From Antedon mediterranea (Eukaryota; Animalia; Echinodermata), in the NCBI RefSeq assembly GCF_964355755.1, contig NC_092675.1, positions 15,782,912 to 15,846,911 on the forward strand: a stretch of 64,000 bases of DNA. The letters are read 5' to 3'. Numbering within the stretch: position 1 is the stretch's first letter; every line of letters starts with the position of its first letter. Made by a program: the position numbers and the translations under genes. Shown in pieces: positions 61,369 through 64,000 of the stretch. The notes under the pieces were generated by a model. It worked only from the letters and a program-made list of their open reading frames with translations, ran no database searches and was not told the origin of the DNA.

Positions 61369-64000
61369 TAGTCCAGTCATTTTAGCCAAAAATTTAGCCA
61401 AACTTGAAACAAATTGCAACAGAATTTTTTTTCACCGCAATACATTTCTTTGAGGTCCCCAGAACACCATACTAAAATCCCAACAAATCTGAATAGGGGA
61501 AAGACGTTTAATTTGCATAAATCCAAAATGGCCGCCAAAATTCAATATTTTGGCATATTTTGACTTGTAGATGACCTATTTAAATGCTTTAAAGTTGCAG
61601 AGTAGGGCATTGGCCCATGGGCTTTCATTTGAAAAAGGGTACAATGATTAAGGACTGGTTAATTTGCATATTAATTTACATATTTTTAAATAGCTGTCAA
61701 ATACGTACATAATTCTATTCTGCTGGTTTTATGAATATACTGTAGACTAAATTTGTTCATACCATTGCCTGGAGGCTACAGTTTTTATCCAATTCTCACC
61801 AAATTTGGCCACAATGATCTATGCCCCAAAAGCTTGGACGAGTACGAATTTGAGGAAGAAGGTCATAGGTCAAGGTCACAGGTCAAGGTCACAACTAATA
61901 AAACAATTTTACTGCCTAGAGACCACAGTTTTTATCCGATTCTTACCAAACTTAGCCACAATGATCAATGACTGATCATATAATTGTGGTTAAATTTTGA
62001 AGTGTCAGGGTCAAAGATCAAGGTCCACAAAATAACAAAATCAAAAAAAAATCAGCGGTACTTGAACCAGCGATCTGAACTGTGAGAGGCTCCAAACTCT
62101 CATCTACAACTTTTTAATGTGCAGTTAGCCTATTTACACTTAGAACTAATAAAAACATATATATATTTTTTCCGGGGACATTTTATGTAGGGGAATTTAT
62201 TTTACAGTAGGCGGAGGTTTGGAGTAACCTCTAGTTTTGCATATTTTTGTCACTGGTGCCCTCATGTATTGACCCCTAGACCAGCATGGTCAGGTATGAT
62301 GCAAATGCTTCAGCATCACGGGCCTTACCCTGGACAATCGTCAAGGAATCTTTCACAATGCCCAAGTGACAACAATAGAAATAGATGGTGAATGCACAGA
62401 GAAGGGAGATCCAACTGTTGGTGGGCTCACAAGAGGAAAAGGAATGTCAGAAAATCAGCGACTAGTGTGGGTTGTGTCAATGCCAGCATGTGCAAGCACT
62501 AATGAAGCTATGCAGAAGTAAAGTGATGTGTCATATGAAACTAGTGACCAGCACAACAGATGTAAGAGATACATATCAGCTTATCACCTACCTGACAGAA
62601 AGAAGTCCTTTTGTTGAGAATAACTCACTGTTTAATATAGCTAATGGCATGGCAGCGCAAGAAGGAGTCAATGTTGAAAGATCAAGAGAAATTGGGGAAA
62701 ATATTATTTCATCGATGGTTGGAAAATCTGTAGAAGATTTCAAATTCCGAAAGGCTGACCAAGCAGTCACACTAGCATCACAGCCAACTGTAAAGGTATT
62801 GGGTAAATCTGTTATGGTTGATCCCCAGCGACTTATTACTATTCGAGGTAGCTACTAAGGTGTGCCATCTCTGTTCCATTATGAACTCTGTATCCTCCTG
62901 CATTGTTTGATTCATCTCCCACTGCAACCAAAGAAGGCAGTCCTAGCTGATACCATTTGTAAAGCTATGTCAGAAGAGCAACATAAACCCAGTGAAGAGC
63001 TCCAGTATGTTCTCGAGGTATGGCCTTGAGGGTCTACCTTTAAGAGTGTGAGCCAGCTATACGTTGGATATGTGACACAGAAATATGGCCGAGCTGCCAT
63101 TGTGTTTGATGGATATAGCGATGATCCAACAATTAAAGATGCAACCCACGTTCAGAAAACAGCAAATTGTAGGCGTTACAGTGCACTTCACAGTTTGTGA
63201 AAAAATCTCCAAGTGAACTTCACATGTGGAGCCCCAAACATTGCCACCAACCTCTGCAGCTGCTGTTTATCACAGCCTCCGTATGTATTTTCAAATAATG
63301 CAATGGAAAAGACCAAACAGAAATATGAAGCAAGAGAAATGGGGTTGGCTTATTGTAGATGGTAAATATCTACCTAAGCAGACTGATAAATCCCCAGCAC
63401 CATCTGAACTGATGAATGTCGACACGGTCTCTTCTGTAGTGATGTGTATACAGACTGCAGAGGAATGAGCTGCAGGAATTCCGAGCCACCAGACTTACGT
63501 GAAAATTGATTGACGCTATTAGTGCGCAAAATGTTTAAAGAGCAAATGGCTTACAATAAGAAACAAATAAATACCAACGTGACTTTATTGAACAATGATT
63601 ATTTTGATAACTCTATGCATAACTTTAAACGAGATACAAACTTGGGAAAAGACTTTTATTCAGCTTTTTACACAGATTCCTATTTCACCAAATATCCATT
63701 CATAAACATTCTGAACATGCTTGGATCACCTCTACCAAGAAGTCATACAATTCTTTCTAATTAAAAAGGTATGAAAAAATGTAGTCTATATTCATAAAAC
63801 CAGCAGATAGGATTTATGTACGTATTTGGCAGCTATTTAAACATATGCAAATTAATATGCAAATTAACCAGTCCTACATCATTGTACCCTTTTACAAGTG
63901 AAAGCCCATATGGGCCAATGCCCACTCTGCAAATTTAAAACATTCAAGTAGGTCGTCTACAAGTCAAAATATGTCAAAATGCAAAGAAATGCATTGCGGT
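61369..64000 (+). mobile_element. Internally deleted Academ (XPG-type) transposon; right end just outside the window
   Basis: Starts tagtcc; 61435-61750 pairs with 63775-64000. Broken coding remnants at 62270-63490: PAWSGMMQ, GGLTRGKGMSENQRLVW, VFDGY....IKD..H, LPPT.AA..HSLR.Y.Q..QW, WGW, PAP.EL. A HINE 3' piece (ending ggcggaggt..ctagtt, ~62236) is nested inside. Confidence 0.75.

Overview
AT-rich eukaryotic (metazoan, probably marine invertebrate; an echinoderm-like host is inference only) genomic DNA with spliced genes. Most of the six-frame ORF track is noise. Genes reconstructed by hand from splice sites and frame continuity: (1) a single-pass receptor with a degenerate C-type-lectin-like ectodomain and a tail carrying about 10 YxxPhi motifs, plus a disrupted tandem paralog; (2) two tandem, 5-exon, 487-aa divergent otopetrin-family genes that both lack the conserved FYR arginine, the second also lacking the TM6 Glu/TM12 His pair; (3) TMEM38/TRIC; (4) the 3' part of BABAM1 on the minus strand. 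The rest is mostly transposons: a 15.4-kb intron built from eight nested TIR elements with readable TSDs, three Academ-like elements, Helentron-type HINEs, a 5'-truncated CR1-group LINE, 30-35-bp TIR-only micro-elements, and two Penelope-like fragments whose minimal hammerhead ribozymes carry complementary inactivating mutations. I found no CRISPR array, rRNA or intact tRNA. No entirely new system can be proven from sequence alone; the best leads are the non-canonical otopetrin pair and the Tyr-rich lectin-like receptor.
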